Shown piece by piece: positions 61,965 to 64,000 of a stretch of DNA of 64,000 nucleotides. The DNA is taken from assembly GCA_964448935.1 (NCBI GenBank), contig CAYVBE010000002.1, positions 3,594 to 67,593 on the forward strand, read 5' to 3'. The position numbers were made by a program, and so were the translations under genes. The notes beneath the pieces were generated by a model. The model had not been told where the DNA came from, did no database searches, and was given only the letters and a program-made list of their open reading frames with translations. The stretch comes from an uncultured candidatus Brocadiaceae bacterium (GTDB taxonomy: Bacteria; Planctomycetota; Brocadiia; SM23-32). How positions within the stretch are numbered: the first letter of the stretch is position 1; each line of letters starts with the position of its first letter.

Positions 61965-63173
61965 TTATCCGATACCTGCGCTGAGCTTGAAGATGGGCAG
62001 CACGAGGGAAAGGATCAGGAAGGCCACGAGCGCCGCGACGATCAGGATGAGCACCGGTGCCAGCAGCGACGTCAACATGCGCGCCGAGGCCGCCGCCTGC
62101 CGGTCGTAGGCGTCCGCCACGTGCAGCAGCATCTCGTCCAGATGCCCGGTCTCCTCGCCGACCGCCACCATCTGCACGGTCAGGGGCGAGAAGGCGCCCG
62201 ATTCGGTCATCAGCTTCGCCAGGGAATCGCCGGACTGCACATCCCGTGCCATCCGGCCGATCTCCGCGGCGATGGCCCGGTTTCCCACTGCGGCCTGCGC
62301 CACCTTCAGGGCCTCGACGATCGAGACATCCGCGTGCACCATGGTGCCCAGGGCCCGGGCGAAGCGGGCGATGGCGGCGTTACGCACCAGCGTCGAGGCC
62401 CAGGGAATGCGGAGTTTGAACCGATCCCAGGCCACCTGAACGCGCTCGCTCCGCCGGGCGAAGTACCCGGCCACCCCCAGCGCCACAACCGCAAGCCCTA
62501 TAGCCCACCATGCCGCCCGGAAGACGCCCGAAATCCCCAATAAAACCCTGGTCGGCAGCGGTAGAGACTCCCCCACGGCGTCGAACATCAACCGCAGCCG
62601 CGGGATGACGAAGGTAATCAGGACGAACGCCGATCCGATCCCCAGCAGCAGCACCAGCAGCGGGTAAGCCAGCGCCGCGCGCACCTCGCTGCGTATCTGC
62701 TCCTGCTTCTCGAACAGGTCGGCCAGCCGGGTCAGCACCTCGTCCAGCGTGCCGCTCACCTCGCCGGTGCGCACCATGCTGATCATGACCTGCGGGAACA
62801 CTTCCCGGTGCCGCGCCAGCGCGTCGCTCAGGCTCTGGCCGGCCTTGACCGCTTCCAGGATATCGCTCAGCAGCTCCTGCGCGTCGGGATCGTCGTTCTG
62901 CTCGATCAGCACGTTGATGCTGCGGGCCAGGGGCACGCCGGAGCGCTGCAGGGTGGCAAGCTGTCGGGTGAACTCCGTCAGTCCCAGGCGTCGGCGCCGG
63001 AGCCACCCCCCGGCGGCCGGCGGGGCGGAGGCCCGGTCTCCCCGGCCGATCTCCAGCACGTGCCAGCCGCGCACGCGCAGCCGCTGCAGCGCATCCTGCC
63101 GGTCCGCGGCCACCAGCTCGCCTCGGGTATGCTCGCCGGCATCATTCAGTGCTTTGTAGGTGTATGATTCCAT
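61965..63173 (-). CDS. gspF: Type II secretion inner-membrane platform protein GspF
   Basis: YTYKALNDAG...G.LVAADRQDALQRLR..G..V, a duplicated GspF domain pattern (…LSDALARHREVFPQVMISMVRTGEVSGTLDEVL… and …LAKLMTESGAFSPLTVQMVAVGEETGHLDEML…), and three TM regions. Confidence 0.9.
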   Translation of the reverse strand: MESYTYKALNDAGEHTRGELVAADRQDALQRLRVRGWHVLEIGRGDRASAPPAAGGWLRRRRLGLTEFTRQLATLQRSGVPLARSINVLIEQNDDPDAQELLSDILEAVKAGQSLSDALARHREVFPQVMISMVRTGEVSGTLDEVLTRLADLFEKQEQIRSEVRAALAYPLLVLLLGIGSAFVLITFVIPRLRLMFDAVGESLPLPTRVLLGISGVFRAAWWAIGLAVVALGVAGYFARRSERVQVAWDRFKLRIPWASTLVRNAAIARFARALGTMVHADVSIVEALKVAQAAVGNRAIAAEIGRMARDVQSGDSLAKLMTESGAFSPLTVQMVAVGEETGHLDEMLLHVADAYDRQAAASARMLTSLLAPVLILIVAALVAFLILSLVLPIFKLSAGIG

Positions 63174-63198
63174 CCGTCTCTCCGGCAGGCCGCGGGGC

Positions 63199-64000
<802 letters not shown>

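Overview
This is visibly GC-rich, very gene-dense bacterial chromosomal DNA. It holds about 50 protein genes, one tRNA, and one sizeable non-coding gap at 48.5-49.6 kb. I saw no rRNA, CRISPR array, intact IS element or prophage. From left to right the window contains: rph (partial); a ~1690-aa secreted PQQ-propeller/CBM9-like/malectin giant; an RqcH-like NFACT protein; tatA; hisD; fxsA; a metallophosphoesterase; a DUF58 protein; a Gfo/Idh/MocA-isomerase-DeoC operon; and a stand-alone rpsR. Next comes a DapA-family gene followed by pilT, a membrane-anchored degenerate GspE/PilB-like protein and a CvpA-like protein. After that are pgsA, interrupted by a single in-frame TGA at a conserved Trp position, and tRNA-Leu(CAG). 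Several glycan-utilisation modules follow: GH2, a Tat-signal sulfatase, an enolase-superfamily dehydratase with a DapA-type aldolase, a clan GH-A-like hydrolase, a heparinase II/III-like protein, ThuA, three Gfo/Idh/MocA oxidoreductases, and AraC and LacI regulators. Interspersed are a TolB-like propeller protein with three CXXCH motifs next to a second PQQ-propeller protein, serA, a URO-D family gene and recQ. From 52.9 kb to the right edge lies an Xps-ordered type II secretion cluster, gspE(partial)-F-G-H-I-J-K-L-M-C-D, on the minus strand. The family content suggests a PVC-type (Planctomycetota/Verrucomicrobiota-like) polysaccharide degrader, but that is inference only. Many very long ORFs in the track are antisense shadow ORFs of the real genes, which is typical of high GC, and I rejected them. 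Several track starts are over-extended, so I give trimmed starts where SD sequences or family N-termini support them. The observations most worth follow-up are: (1) the pilT / membrane-integrated pseudo-ATPase / CvpA-like operon; (2) the TGA-interrupted pgsA; (3) an orphan consensus promoter plus hairpin unit (candidate sRNA) beside a degraded transposase-like remnant; and (4) details of the T2SS, namely Ala at -1 of three pseudopilins and an R/N/Q-rich insertion in GspK. I cannot demonstrate any clearly new multi-gene system from sequence alone.
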